Below are positions 49,401-63,200 of a DNA stretch of 64,000 nt, one piece after another (the first letter of the stretch is position 1; each line of letters begins with the position of its first letter). The notes beneath the pieces were generated by a model. The model did not search any database, was not told where the DNA came from, and saw only the letters and a program-made list of their open reading frames with translations. A program made the position numbers and the translations under genes. The stretch is from Marsupella aquatica (lineage: Eukaryota > Plantae > Marchantiophyta), in NCBI GenBank assembly GCA_973895155.1, contig OZ316894.1:21609867-21673866 (forward strand), read 5' to 3'.

Positions 49401-52375
49401 CATCTTTTCTTCTCCTCAATATCTATGCCTTGTCTCAAAGTCTTTTCCACTCCTTGACATATTTGTCTCTCATCAACATCTTTGCATTGCCTTGACATCT
49501 TTGCCTCTCCTTGAATGACATCTTTTCCTCTCCTCAATATCTTTTGTATAATGCATGGGCATCTGGCTAATTAATTATAATTATTATTTTCATTCCCAAG
49601 GACCTGCATGTATCACTATAGGCTATGGCAATCTCACCTTTTCCCACATAAAATCTATTCAAGAGTTGTCATTATCATTGTTTAGAATAATCTAATTTTT
49701 TAATTAAGTTCATTAAGATAGAATAGATATACTTTTCTTGTGCTACTAGACAAAATAACAAGTATTGTTCCAGGATGGGCTGGCTATAATTGAGGGGGTA
49801 TTCCCTCGGGATGTTCCTCGGTCCACGTATTATTTGACATAAGCAAATTTGGCACTTGATAATATGCTCCTAGTAGCAATTAGTAATGTGTTAGTCAATA
49901 AGACACTGAATGAGGGGCGGCTTGGGTGGCTTCCATTTCCATGAGAGACGAGAGATATAGGGGTGTGCTCTACAGTTTTCGGTACTGCTGTTGGACCACT
50001 GCAACCTTTGAAATTCCCCAATGAATAGATGCCATGACCTAACAATCAAAATTTTCCATGACCATGAGTTCTCCGAGTAATTGACATTATTCCCAGTTGG
50101 CATGCAACCCCCCTTGATTCCAAAAATATATAATGGAATGCATTCCAGCTCTAGTCGTAGTTTCTTGTGCCTTCAAGAAACGTTTAGGTAAATTTGTGTC
50201 CTTCACGCATTTTACTTTAGAGCAACTTTCAACCAGGCCAGCTCCACCTTTACCTTACAAAAAGGTTGCACAATAAGGCACACAACCTTCCCATCCCCAG
50301 CTGCAAGCATGTGCCTAACAACCAAGAAGGACAATTTTTACCTGCCAATGTGGGAGTAGGGATGTGAACAAGTGCAAATTGATTTTAAGAACACTAGCCT
50401 TGTTATTCGTTCCTTGAACAAAGATAGGGATGACTCGTACAAAACCAGACCTTGCAAAAACAGAGGATTCGTTGCTTTTTCCCCTTCATCTTAGTTTGCC
50501 CCCATCCCTGTGTTCTGCTTGCACCCTCCCTTTCAATTATGCCCTTAGTTAGAGTCTCAGTCTAGAGGTTTCACTCTAGACACTAGGCCCAGGTAGTAGC
50601 TTTTGATTGCACTTATATACTTATAGATCGATGTCTTTTTACTGTCAAGATTCTAACATCTAGTACATAGTTTGTGACACTTTGCAATGGCTCTTTCCCT
50701 TACTGCTTTCCTTTTGAGATTGAATTGGGTTTTCTTTGCAAAGGATCCTGGGTCATGTACAGTGTTTAAAGAAGGGTGCCCTTCTATCCAACCTGTTGTT
50801 TGGACGTGCCTTCATTCCTAAACTGAAGTTCTCATGGATCACCTTTTTTGTGGCAAGATGTTTGGATAAACTGATGCTAGTTGGTCAAACATTATGGTCC
50901 ACTTGAGCATTCATTGATTTAGTTCAATTTTCACTGTTCAGGACTCTCAGGCTCGCTGGCTCTTTGGTCTGCTGGATTTTTCCTTTGTTCTCCCCCTTTA
51001 TTGGGTTTCTTGTCTTTGGGATCCTATCTGCTAATATGGTATCTTTTGTTCTTTGGCAGTGTTTTAAATGATGTCCTTGAGAGAGCAACTACTTCTGGTT
51101 GAAGAAGGCATACACAAGTAGTTTATTTGTGGTCCGTGGTCTAAATTGGTACCTTTTCTAGAGAATAAACCTATCCATAAACAGGTTAGGTAGGGGAAAG
51201 TTTAAATGTGTGTGTTTAAAAAATACACTACAACAAAAAACAGGTCAAACCTGAACCAAAAAAAAAATAGAATCTTTGGTTTGGGTTGCTGCTAGCAATA
51301 TATACAACCTTTTCAAAAGATGTATGAAAAGGAGGACTATGATTAGAGATCAGTTACCTTCCCAGCATACCACCCTCCTTTACATCCCTGCTATTTTAGA
51401 TAAGCTTGACCCACATATCAGAGATATCCAAACACCTGGAAGTAGACATTTGCCAAAAGAGTGTAATTTCCAATGATTAGTTATCATGTTGAATGATGAC
51501 ACGTTGAACCCAGGTTGATATATCAATCATTGGTATCCAAATATGTGTTTAGTTCAAATGGAGACTCAAAGCTAGATCTCACTTCAACAATTGCATGCTA
51601 CTGTAGGTGTTGACTCTGGATTTGCATTCACTAGATGTTACCCTCTCTTACCCCTAGTTGTTTTATAAAGTTCATATTGAAACTCATAATGTAGATACTC
51701 AAAACTGAGCCCATAACAAAGAACAATCTCCAAGCATGTGTTTTGGTCCGATTTTGTTGCTCCTTTACTTTAGTGTTGGGCTCAAAGACTTTGACATTAC
51801 TCTCCCACTGTATTGTCTCTCAAGGTCACCCATGCGGTTATTGGCAATCAATTAACCCTCTCGGTTCAGGCATGTCCATGTTGGTGGGATAGTTTGTGAG
51901 GTTGCCTTATTTGTCGCACCTGTAGATCATACTGTAGATCAAAGGTGTGATGTTTCATTCAATCCGGGCACACCTTTGCTTCTGCACGCCCAATCTCTGG
52001 TGACTAAAACATGATCCCTTCTCAGAGTTTGTATCAATCTTGACTGGAGAAAACTTTTTGACAAATTGACTTCTGCTAATAGTCCATGGCAACACTGCAG
52101 TTTAACATGTGGGGGCAACCCCTTTGCTGCAACACAATGACATTGGATTATGTGTGATTCCATTCACTTGTTGTGCTCTGGGAAATACGCAAGTCAGCTT
52201 GACATTTGGATCTTAAGGAGTGTACGAGTTGCAAGCATAGTGACAGGTTGGGCATGGAATAATTGCACAATGGTACCTTTCAGTCCATCTCATCTTACGA
52301 AGATAATTGACCACAAACCAACAGCCAGGGAGGCTTATTGCCATAATGACATTTCATAAATCAGCTTATTATTAA

Positions 52376-52840
52376 CCTGTCCCCTAAACTATCCGATATT
52401 ACTAAGGTGCCCCCCAAACAAAATTAATCATCAACCCGCCCCCCATTTTTGCATTTGGGTCAGTATTAACTAATATATGGGTTCCCATTGCCACATGGCT
52501 ATTAGCTAGCCTTAACCCGCCGCCGATCCCCCTTTCCCTTTTTCCCGTAGGTTTTCCTGAGTAAAATTGAGGCCAGAAAGTGTTGGGTTTTGTGAGGGAG
52601 TGTGGAGCCGAAAACAACATATTTTTCCCCTCCCAGACCCATGACTGTGCCCTGCAATGAAGAGGGGGCTGAGGGGGGTGACGGCGGGTTAAGGTTAGCC
52701 AACAGTGAGTTGCCACATGGCAATGGGAACCCATTGTACATGAGTTAATATTGACCCATGCTAATACAAAATGGGGGGCTGGTTGATAATTAATTTTGCT
52801 TGGGGGGCACTTAGTAATATGTGATAGTTTGGGGGATGCG
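52376..52840. mobile_element. Foldback MITE with ~160-bp imperfect TIRs
   Basis: 52376-52525 is the reverse complement of 52680-52840 (e.g. CCTTAACCCGCCG / CGGCGGGTTAAGG; GGGTTCCCATTGCCA / TGGCAATGGGAACCC); flanked by TTAA on both sides. Confidence 0.8.
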
Positions 52841-54199
52841 TTAATAATTATTGTGTTGTCTGTCCCTGAAGATGAACAGAGACCTATAGTCTATAGAGGA
52901 AGCACTAACCTACTGCATAGTGACAGCTGGCAACAAAGCAATTGGGCCATTGGGGTCCTTTCCGGACAAAAGAATATGACTTTAATGCAAATTTGGCAGG
53001 TATTGCTTTTTGGAAGTTGAGCTATTTAGAAAACCTCCCCAAGAAATGTTGCATGGTAGGGTGTCCCACCATTATAGTATTGTCTCTTTAGAGCAGCCTA
53101 CTTTTAAAGGTTTGTTCTTTTTAGTCCCCACATGTAGTATAATTTAGTCAGGGTGGCAATGGTCACCTTCTGTGAAAGAGAAGACGCTGAGAAGATTCCT
53201 TACCTCCCTTTCTTATATTTTTTACTTACCATTAGATTTCCCTAGATTTGAGGATAACTGTCAGAATCTGGCTAATGGCGTCAATGGTAGGTGAGAATTT
53301 GACTAATGGAAGTATTAAGAAAGCCCTAGCAAATTTTGGGCAAAGTGGGCACGACTTTTCCAACTAGGTGGAATCTACTGTAGCTAGGTTTAGCCACTAA
53401 AAAACCCTCAGCTCTAGAGCCCTCTTCCTTAGTTAGGGCAGATTGATAATAGAAATTGATAGCCTAGTTACTAAGGTGCTGTGTTTAGCTAGCATGACAA
53501 ACCGTGCTTGTGAGGAAGCGTTCCTCCATGCTTGGTGCCAACGGTTTCTCAGTGACAAAAAATGGCTACATTTCACCTCTCTAAAATGCCTTCACCACTT
53601 AGGCCAAAATTAGCTCTAGTTTTTGTCTTCCATAAGCCAGCTCCCACCTAGCCTAGCCAGAGACCCCATTAGCCAAATCTAATGGTGCCCTTAATTCTAG
53701 GGAGATCTGGCAGTCAGAAATTAATCTGGGAAGATTTGATAAGGAATATGCTAGCATCTTCTCCTTCACTCAAGGTGACGTTTTGCCACCCTGGTGGGAG
53801 AAAACCAAAACCTTTAAATTGGCGATTGCTTTCCTTCATCCCATCTCCATTTTCTTCCTTGCCCATACTTTGGAGCCTGTTCCTTGTTACATAGAGCATT
53901 CTCAGCAGTTGCACTATATCCACAACATGAATTTGGTGAGTTTGACCATGCTTTGAAGGTTAATGAAATGATAAAAAAACCATGATGCCTGGACCGCATC
54001 ATTTTAATAATCATATCATACATATCATAACATCCTCCTTTCTATGTACATATATTCTGCAGGGGCCCTAGAGACTACATGTTTCTTTCTAGAAGCCTAG
54101 GCCTCAATTCTAGCTTCCCTTGGTGCTTTAACTATAAGATGCATTGTATATATCTTACATGATATCTTACTTATAAAGGGGGTGGGGGAGGCTAGCTAG

Positions 54200-54835
54200 T
54201 CAGAGTCTAGGCCAAGAGTCTAGGCTTTTCGAGTGAAGTCTAGGCTTTTCGCATGAAGCCTCTAGACATTGACTCTAGAGCCCCACCAAAGTATATGTGC
54301 TGCATGTAAAGAAAATGTCCATAGACATGATGACATACCATATGTGACATGGATGGATGAATGGATGAATGTTCTCTTATCATATCTACTGAAGTTCAAA
54401 GAACGGGTAGTTTAGGGGCTAGTAAGATATATTAAGGTGGGGTCCTAGAGTCACTCTCTAGAGGCTTCACTCTAGTGTAGGTGATGGTAACTTGATCCAG
54501 TTTGAGTAGACCTTAAAAATTAAAACTATGGTGCTTCTTGTGGGTTTAGGGGATAGGAAAATACATTAAGGTGGGGTACTAGATAGTTTAGGGCTAGTAA
54601 GATATATTAAGGTGGGGTCCTAGAGTCACAGTCTAGAGGCTTCACTCTAGAAGCCTAGACCTGGATTCTGGTGATGGTAGCTTGTTCCAGTTTGAGTAGA
54701 CCTTAAAAATTAAAACCATGGTGCTTCTTGTGAGTCTAGGGGCTAGTAAGATATATCAAGGTGGGGTCCTAGAGTCAATGTCTAATATCTTCACTCTAGA
54801 AGCCTAGACCTCAATTGCATTTTGGTGAGCTTGCT
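54200..54835. repeat. Degenerate tandem repeat (GGGCTAGTAAGATATATTAAGGTGGGGTCCTAGAGTCA...CTAGAGGCTTCACTCTAG)
   Basis: Three clear units at ~54415, 54590 and 54740; related motifs at ~50560 and ~29160. Confidence 0.75.
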
Positions 54836-54949
54836 CTAGTTGGCTGACCTTTCAGTTCATCTTTGTGGTGGGGGATCGAAAATACCTCCAAATCTTTCTC
54901 CTGTGCATACAATTTCCGCACATACTATTTTGCGCATATGATTCTGCAA

Positions 54950-55930
54950 AATACAGTGTCCAATACTAAGGAGAGGACATTTGCAACAGGTAAGCTTTTG
55001 TGACCAAACCTCTTTTGTGTCCAAACCTCTTTGGTCAGGGGCCTCTTTTGTGACCAAACTTCTTTACAGTGTCCAATACTAAGGAGAGGGCATTTGCAAT
55101 GGCTAAGCTTTTGTGACCAAACCTCTTTTGTGACCAAACCTCTTTGGTCAGGGCCTTCTTTTGTGACCAAACTTCTTTACAGTGTCCAATACTAAGGAGA
55201 GGGCATTTGCAACGGCTAAGCTTTTGTGACCAAACCTCTTTTGTGTCCAAACCTCTTTGGTCACGGGCCTCTTTTGTCACCAAACTTCTTTACAGTGTCC
55301 AATACTAAGGAGAGGGCATTTGCAACAGTTAGCGGCTGTCTTGCATGTGCAAGAGTCCTGAAAAATACAACCCTTAGCAGCCCACAGATGTTGGGAAAGA
55401 GTGTGGACCCAGGATCTAAACACAATCAAGAACACCTTATGTGTGAAGTGCTTATTGAGTCTGGGATCTACTGTCATTTTGTGTTGGATCTACTGCCATT
55501 CTGTTTTATTCAAAGTTCAAAGTTCAGGACCTCAAGGGCCGGAAAATTTCTGGCCCTTGCCCTTGCATATCCTCCAAAGACGCCATCAGGGCTGTCGGCT
55601 TGTCGCTTCGTTTAGAGATGCCACGGGTTCATTTGGGGGCCAAAAATCAAAGGACCTTGCATGCAAGACAGCCCTAAGCTTTTGTGACCAAACCTCTTTT
55701 GTGTCCAAACTTCTTTGGTCAGGGGCTCTAGTTATTTTGGTGATGCTCTAGTTATTTTGGGTTATTTTGGTGATGCTCTAGTTATTTTGGGTTATTTTGG
55801 TGATGGTAGCGTGCTTCAGTTTGAGTAGGCCTTAAAAGTTAAGCTTTTGTGACCAAACCTCTTTTGTGACCAACCTCTTTGGTCACGGGCCTCTTTTGTG
55901 ACCAAACTTGTTTGGTCAGGGACTCTAGTT
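54950..55930. repeat. ~115-bp tandem repeat built of TGTGACCAAACCTCTTT subunits, with further partial copies
   Basis: ACAGTGTCCAATACTAAGGAGAGG at ~54953, 55066, 55178 and 55292; subunit clusters at 55675-55725 and 55840-55920. Confidence 0.9.
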
Positions 55931-56151
55931 ATTTTGGTGATGCTCCTCCAGTTATTTTGGTGATGGTAGCTTGCTTCGGTTTTGAGTAGGCCTTAAAAAA
56001 TGAAAACGATGGTGCTTCTTGTGGGTTGCCCGTGGGGGAATCGGAAGTTTCTAGTGCTGCTGGCGAAGCGCATTGGAGCAGCCTGGTCAGCTGCATGGGC
56101 TCGTTATCGATGTGATGCGAGAGAGAGATTGTGCAGCTATGAGTGTGACGC

Positions 56152-56179
<28 letters not shown>
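56152..56179. repeat. (GA)n microsatellite in the paladin upstream region
   Basis: About 14 GA units. Confidence 0.95.
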
Positions 56180-56184
<5 letters not shown>

Positions 56185-57230
56185 GGGATCAAAAAGCGTT
56201 TACTGTACCTGCGTCGTCACTCGTCAGGGTTTCGTTATGGTTCTTTCTCCGACCTTCTCGGACAAAGTCTTCTCGCTGTACAATGCGCATCACACAACCT
56301 ACAACACGTACCTACGGGATTTGCAAATTTTGTAAGAAAGCAGAAGATGTAACGCTGAAGAAATGGTGATTGAATTTGTGACTTGGCGTGTTTTCCTTAT
56401 CTTTGGGCCCTGCTTTTTGAATGAACGTCGTCTGTCTCCTGCGATCTACGGTGGATTGCAATGTGTGGAAATGAACTGAGATGCATGACTGCAGTTGGTT
56501 ATATAATCTTTGGTGTCTGCTTTTGAATGAACGTCTGCCACCTGATCTACGGTGGAACATCAGCGTCATCATTGCTCTCCTTATCTACTCTCAGTATATC
56601 TCGCCGAAGACATCATTCGCTGCTGGTGCTTTACTGCTGATGGCTCTTACACGCGGCGTTCCTGCCACCCCTTGCCAGTTTTCTCGCTCTTTCTTTCCTG
56701 CGCGCTGAAACCTTTTCTTTACTTTTATATATCCCCGTCTCCCGTCATTCTTTGCCGGTTGTTCGCGTGTGCGTGCGTGCGTCCGTGCCTTGCTTGCCTG
56801 CCTGCCTCCCTGCGCCTGAGGTTAAATTTTTTTCGTAGTAATTCAGTAGCCTTTCGAGTTTGTTTGGCTCTTTCTCGTCCCTACTCGTGCTCGTGTTCTT
56901 GCCTTTTTGTGCTCCTTCTTACAGTTCGAAGTCCTGGAGGTCGAGTACCGCCAGAGTTTTGAATTCGGAACGCTTTGGTGGAATTCTGGTTCGAGTTCCG
57001 GACCGATAGACGACGACTGCGCTTGTCCTCTGTGACTTCTTGTGATCGACATTATAAAGACGCATGTAAAAGCAGGTGGCAATTACGTCCCTGAGGTCGA
57101 TTTGAATTCTGGCTCTTCGGGTCGATGCTGTAACGATCTGCACTGTTGCTCGATTTGTCTTTGTGTCGTAGTGGAAGTACCGCGCTGCAACGCTTATCAG
57201 CGCGGGACGTCGAAAGGGGATAAATGCAAC

Positions 57231-60200
57231 ATGGCGTTGTCGAGGGAACCGGAGAATGTAATTATCGCACGCGGTGGTTCAGTCCTTGGGAAGAAGACTA
57301 TTTTGAAAAGTGATCATTTTCCAGGATGTCAAAATAAGCGCCTCCTACCGCATGTCGATGGAGCCCCTAACTACCGTCAGGTACTGTGTAACATCTAATG
57401 AGGACTCTTCCGAATTTCAATTCTTCCTCGTGACACGGATGCCAAGCTTAGTAGGTCGGGGACTTGTCACTGTCTTGCTGAGGCCAAGTTATTTCACCGT
57501 GCTCGTCCGTTACGAGCTAGCTCGCTTTGCGTTTGCCGGAGCATGGAGGAGTAATGTTGTTTTTCTTTGGGATGGAGGATTTGTAATGCACGACTGTCAA
57601 GTTTTGTACAAATAATGCTGTCATCCTTCTTTAATCTTACAACTTGTCTCAAATTCTGTGACACAAATCTATATGACAAGTGCTGTATCTCTCCCGGATA
57701 CCAATAATAATAAGACAAACAGACAAGATTTGGATGAAGGGCACGTTTCTGAAATACGTCATGGATGATGCCGTCATGTCTCCTTTTATCTGTCAAGTTC
57801 AATGAAGGTTACTCTTAGCACTTTCACTGGAGGCCTCCAAGACCAATCTGCATGTTTTGCTTGGCTATAACAGTACTGAAGCGCCAAGAAACGTTCCTTG
57901 CGAGCAAGAAAACACTTTACCTATGCTCTTCAATGGGACTGAGATTGTATGGAAAGTTGCTCCTCCTGTTTTTAAGATTTGGAAAATGATCTCTCTTGCC
58001 AGCGGAAATTTGAATAACTTACCTTCGCAGTGGACTGTCCTTTGTGTTCGCGTCAATGGTTGACGTTCTCTTTCGAAAGGACCACATTGGTGGAGATGTT
58101 CCGAAATAGGTTCCTGAAATTGCCATTTACGACCACCGTTCGCATGTATCGGGGACCGAAATCGCGTCAATGTGGAAACATTTGCCGATTACGTGAAGCT
58201 TTCCATCCGCTCTGGGTCGTTCTTTTGCTAGAAAGGCATTTTCACTAAGGCTTGTCACGAGTCCGGTTTTGCCCGTAAACTAACGACGCTTGGGTTTGAT
58301 TTTGTCGAATTGTTTGAAAGGTCGGATCGCTGCCAGTCTTTGGAGTAGCCATACCTACTGTGGATGGCATTCGACAGGTTTTGGAGCTTGTGGGATCCAG
58401 CAAAAGCGGGGACCAGCGCGTCCTCTGGCATAATCTACGCGAGGAACCGGTACGTATGCTCTAGTTAGAAATTCGTTTCAATCTAGAAATTACCGACCGT
58501 CTGTTGATTTCCACCAATCATCGCAGGGATGGCTTTGAGCCTTACATTGAAATCGTAATGGGTGGATTGGCGTACAAGCAAGGAACTTTGATACTTGATT
58601 CATCAACGAACTCTTTCAGAATAAGGAGTATTGGGTCTGTTGTGCTCAAGGCTATCAATAGGTTCTCCGATGTTCTCCCGGGATCAGTGTTTTGCTTGCA
58701 ATATGAATCGATTGGCCACTTTGACACTATTTTCTTTCCTCAGGTGCTCTACATCAATGGACGGCCATTCGTTTTGCGTGAAATTGAGCGCCCATTTACC
58801 AACTTGGAATACACGGTAAGGTCTCGTTCCTATGTACCTTTTTGTGCAAAAAGCGTCTGAGGCTCCACTGTATAATTGCTCAGATTCAAAGAACCAGGGA
58901 CTTGGGATTCTTGAGTGTACAAAGTGCTCTCAATTACAGAGCATGTAGAGTCTTCGATTATCCAGTATTGGCTTTAGTAAGAGGTCTTGTAGCTAAGGGC
59001 ACTGGACAGAATGATGTTACAGGCCGATTACGTCTACGAGGGTTTGCGGCGTGGCTAGAGTAATCCTGAGGGATGATTTGAGCGTGCCATGTTCTTTCCT
59101 GGAAACCGGCATTGGACGCCGTTTCACAGTAATTTTACTATCTTGTATACACTAGATGGTAATGACTTTGGTCGTCGTGGGCCGTCAGATTGCTCCAGGT
59201 CTCTATGAGACTTTTGCTTGTGAACATATGCTGAGTTTGTGTGCACATCTCGGACAGGGGATCTTTGGTGTGAGAAGGCATGGATGTCTCATACATCGTT
59301 ACCTTTTTGTCCGCTGAGAATCTTTAAAAAGCCAACCTAGTGCAGAGTGAGGTCGCTAATCGTGTCACGCATCCAATACTGTCCATGGATGCCGCCCTTC
59401 TTAGTGAAGTCAAGCAGGGTAGGAAATGGAAATGATAAACCCATAACCAAGTGCTGTAACATGGATGCAATGCCGTGATGCATAATAGTGTTTGCCACCT
59501 GCAAGTCCAAAATTGACCACCATGGGTACAAGTGTTGCTACCCTCAATTACTTCTCGTCACATCTTCGTTATTTTTCTAATTCGGGAAAATTCTGTTTGA
59601 GGGTTTTGCCTCACGCGGAATTTGCGACATTACCTCAGACAACCTACTCTCATGTTCAAAGTTCCCTCCCATTCGAGTCAAACTTGGCACATGTGATACT
59701 TCGAGAAGCTTAGTTCGATAAATATAACTGCTTTTCCTGCTTCTTCGTTGGCAACTGCAGGCACATTGTGCCATTGGTTTGCATGTGCAGGCCAGGGCCT
59801 CAAATCCAGAGTGCTGTGTCCAGAAGAGCAAAGCAGCTAGCAAGAAGCTTTCTGTGTTCGAGTATATGAGCTCTCCACTGGACGTCTATCGAGGTGTGAC
59901 TGGGCTTTGGAGCAATGAAAACCCTTTTTGCCTACTTCAGTAGCTAAATGCCTGTAGTGAGTAATTGCAAACATAGTAAGAGCCTCTTGTCATCCTGTCT
60001 TTCCATGACAGATGATGGAGCGTTAGGCGTTCTAGCAGTGTCTGTAACTCGGCTGGGCAGTCATAACCCCTGTCGTCTTGCCGAGGCATGCAAGATCTAT
60101 AGAACATAGTACACGACGATAACCATAAATCTTTACAGAGCACTGAAAACTCAAGCGTTAAAGAAAAAATGGCAGGATTGCACCTGAGCATGAATTGGAA

Positions 60201-63200
60201 AAGCATGAGTTAGTCGGACGTTTGGTCAGATTTTTCAAATTTTCTCGTCGTGTACTGTGCTTCTTCCAAAATACTGTCCGAACGGCCGTAGGCAATGACA
60301 TTCGAGTGAAAGTGTTGACACCCTTTTGACGACCCCTTCTCTGTGACTTGCTGGGTAATGAATAAGTTCCGACCGTTGTTTCTATTTCTAGATCTCCTGT
60401 TAAGTTAAAGTGCGATACGGATATGTTATGGTACTGCTCGAGCGGTACGGTCGAGAGGCTGGAAGTTTTTTCTTACGAGCACGGCTCATTTGGTTCCAAG
60501 AGCCATAGAAGCATGTGACATGTGGTGTTGAAACTGAGGCGAAGCATTTCTTGGAATTGAACGATGTGCTGCAATAGCTGATCTGGGCTTGGCTTTCCTC
60601 CCTGGTTGCAGGGTATAAATAGAGCAAGGGTAGAAGAGATGGAAGCTCGACTGAAAGAGGATGTTCTGCGAGAATCTGTTCGGTGAGAATATCCTACCCG
60701 ACCACGAACTTAACCGTCAGCTTCCAGCATGATTTTATGAATACCTGAACTGCGTCATTTCAAAAGGTTTACTAGCATGGATCTGATAATTCATGGCCCT
60801 CATGCTTGACTTCGACAATCGTTATGTTGCCGATCTTTTGCAGCTATCACAGTAAGGTGATGGTCAGTGATGAACTTCCTGACGGTCAGATGGTTGATCA
60901 GTGGGAACCGATTGGTGAAGACTCGGTACAGACACCTCTAGAGGCAAGTTCCAGCCATCAAAGCCCCGTCCTGCACTCTGCTTTCAGTGCAGGTACTTCA
61001 AGATTCCGTCATCTGTTAGGAGACGATGACTCTCTGCATTATCTGATGTCTGCCAGTGGCCTTGTCGCAGGTCTACGAGATGCTACACGCTGAAGGTTAT
61101 CCTGTGGACTATGAACGAGTGCCCATCACCGATGAGAAGTCACCAAAGGAACGCGATTTTGACCTTCTGGTGAGGCATCCCCTCCAGAAATATCTAGACA
61201 TTTGAAATAATCTGGTGTGTCAGGGTATCTCTTTGAAAAGCAGGCAGACAATTAATCGCCGTAACTCGTTCAGGTCCAACGTGTTTCACAAGCAGAGAGA
61301 GGCACGGCATTGGTGTTCAATTGCCAAATGGGAAGAGGTCGAACGACAACTGGCATGGTTATCGCCACTCTCATTCATCTTCGCAGGATGGGATCCACAG
61401 GTAACAAGCTTGAATTTTAGGTGGACCAGTTTAAGGAAAGCTATGGCTCCATTCTTTGATGGTAGCTTGCAAGTTGTGCAGGTGAAGACATTGGCATTTT
61501 TGTGCAGGTATACCAAGAACAAGTTCCACTGGATTGGTTCATGGACTTGCAGAGGAGGTTGTGGATGAAGTTCCAGACTCAGAGGAAGCATGCAGGAGAG
61601 GAGAGTACACAGTAATTCGAAGTCTAGTTCGCGTTTTAGAGGTAAATAACAACCAGCGCAAGCACAAAATATTACTATTGATAGTTTGATGCAGTAGTTT
61701 GTTTTCTATTTTGCTACAACACCCATCTGAAGCCATTCGTGCTGGGAGAAGAAGTTAGGTATGCCGCAAGGTTCTTTCCCAAGTCCTTTCCTATGCAACG
61801 TAGCCATATATCATCTAGAAGGGTAGCATCAGGTGCCCTTGGAAAAGTAGGCAACAAGATGCCCGTAAGCAAAAGAATTAAATTTCTAATGTTCGAAAAG
61901 CAAAACAGACTAGAGAATCAGAAAACATTCGTGAGCCAGCAAGCGTTTCAGACACTGCCCCAGCAAGTTTTTCAAAGTTCTTTTTTGTCGGGATTCCAGT
62001 ACTCACTGCAAAGCACTTTGCCCAGCATAAATAAAATTTATGCATTATTTTTGCTGTAATGCATTTTGGGAGAATTACTTTCTCATCCGAGGCCATGCAT
62101 GTAGGCTTGGCCACAGACGGGTTTGCATGATGGGAATTATGCTGGAGACATAAGTCTGTCGACCCCATTGGGACCCGACTTTAAAATTCAACCTTTTCAT
62201 TACCATGGGTAATAGATTACCAACCTGGTGTCCTGCATACCTGCATGATGGGAATCATGCAGGAGACATAAGTCTGTCGACCCCATTGGGACTTGACTTT
62301 AGAGTTCAACCTTTTCATTACCTTGGGTAATAGCTTACCAACCTGGTGTCCTGCATACCCTGATATTGGCTAAAGTGAACGCAATGATTGCGTCTTGATA
62401 ACAATATTTTATGTTTGAGGTGACTTGCTGATTGTCACTCGTTTCTACTAACAGTTATAACTAAATCCTGAGGAGGTCTTTGTGTTTGAATTTAACGCAG
62501 GGTGGTGCAGAGAGTAAGCGGGAGGTTGACAAGGTGATAGACAAATGCTCTGCCATGCAGGTATGGTTCTACTATAGACGTCATTTATCCAAATTGAATT
62601 TTGAATGTCTGCCCGGATTTGGATTATCTCCTTTGAGGCTGAGAGGATATTATTTGGTTGGACACATGTAGATAAACCTGTAATACTGGTCGTGGGAGCA
62701 TAAGTACATCTACTGCCAGAGGCTCCTTAGAACGTGTGGTGCGAGTTCAGTTTTAACGTCTCAATCTTTAGGAGTTAGCTACCATCAACATGTCTTATAA
62801 GGGACAGTTGTGCTCTTTGTAGGCCTGTGTGATACAAGCTTGCTAATTACGTTGCAACGGTCATGTCCTCAGAATTTAAGAGAAGCCATTGCGGGTTATC
62901 GAAATAGCATTCAGAGACAAGCAGATGAGAAGAAGCGTGAGGCAGCTCTCTCTTATTTTGTTGAATATCTGGAGAGATACTATTTCCTCATCTGCTTTGC
63001 TGTATACATACATACAGACCAGATTGCTTTGTTACCAAATCGTAATCCAGGACAAGGGAGCTTTCAGCAGTGGATGAGGGCACGCCCTGAGCTATACAGC
63101 ATACTGCGCAGGTTAGCCTTTTCTTCAGCATCGTTGTGTTTGTTCAGTTTCTTATATTTAAATTAGAACTGGTTACAGAAGACCATTTTGGATTTCGTAT

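Noticed and set aside
47000-54200. Scattered short ORFs, possibly decayed transposon coding sequence
   Set aside because: No motif could be assigned with confidence by eye; needs a profile search.
54857-55283. Three near-identical short ORFs (MVTKE..DQRGL..)
   Set aside because: Products of a ~115-bp tandem repeat whose successive units fall in different frames.
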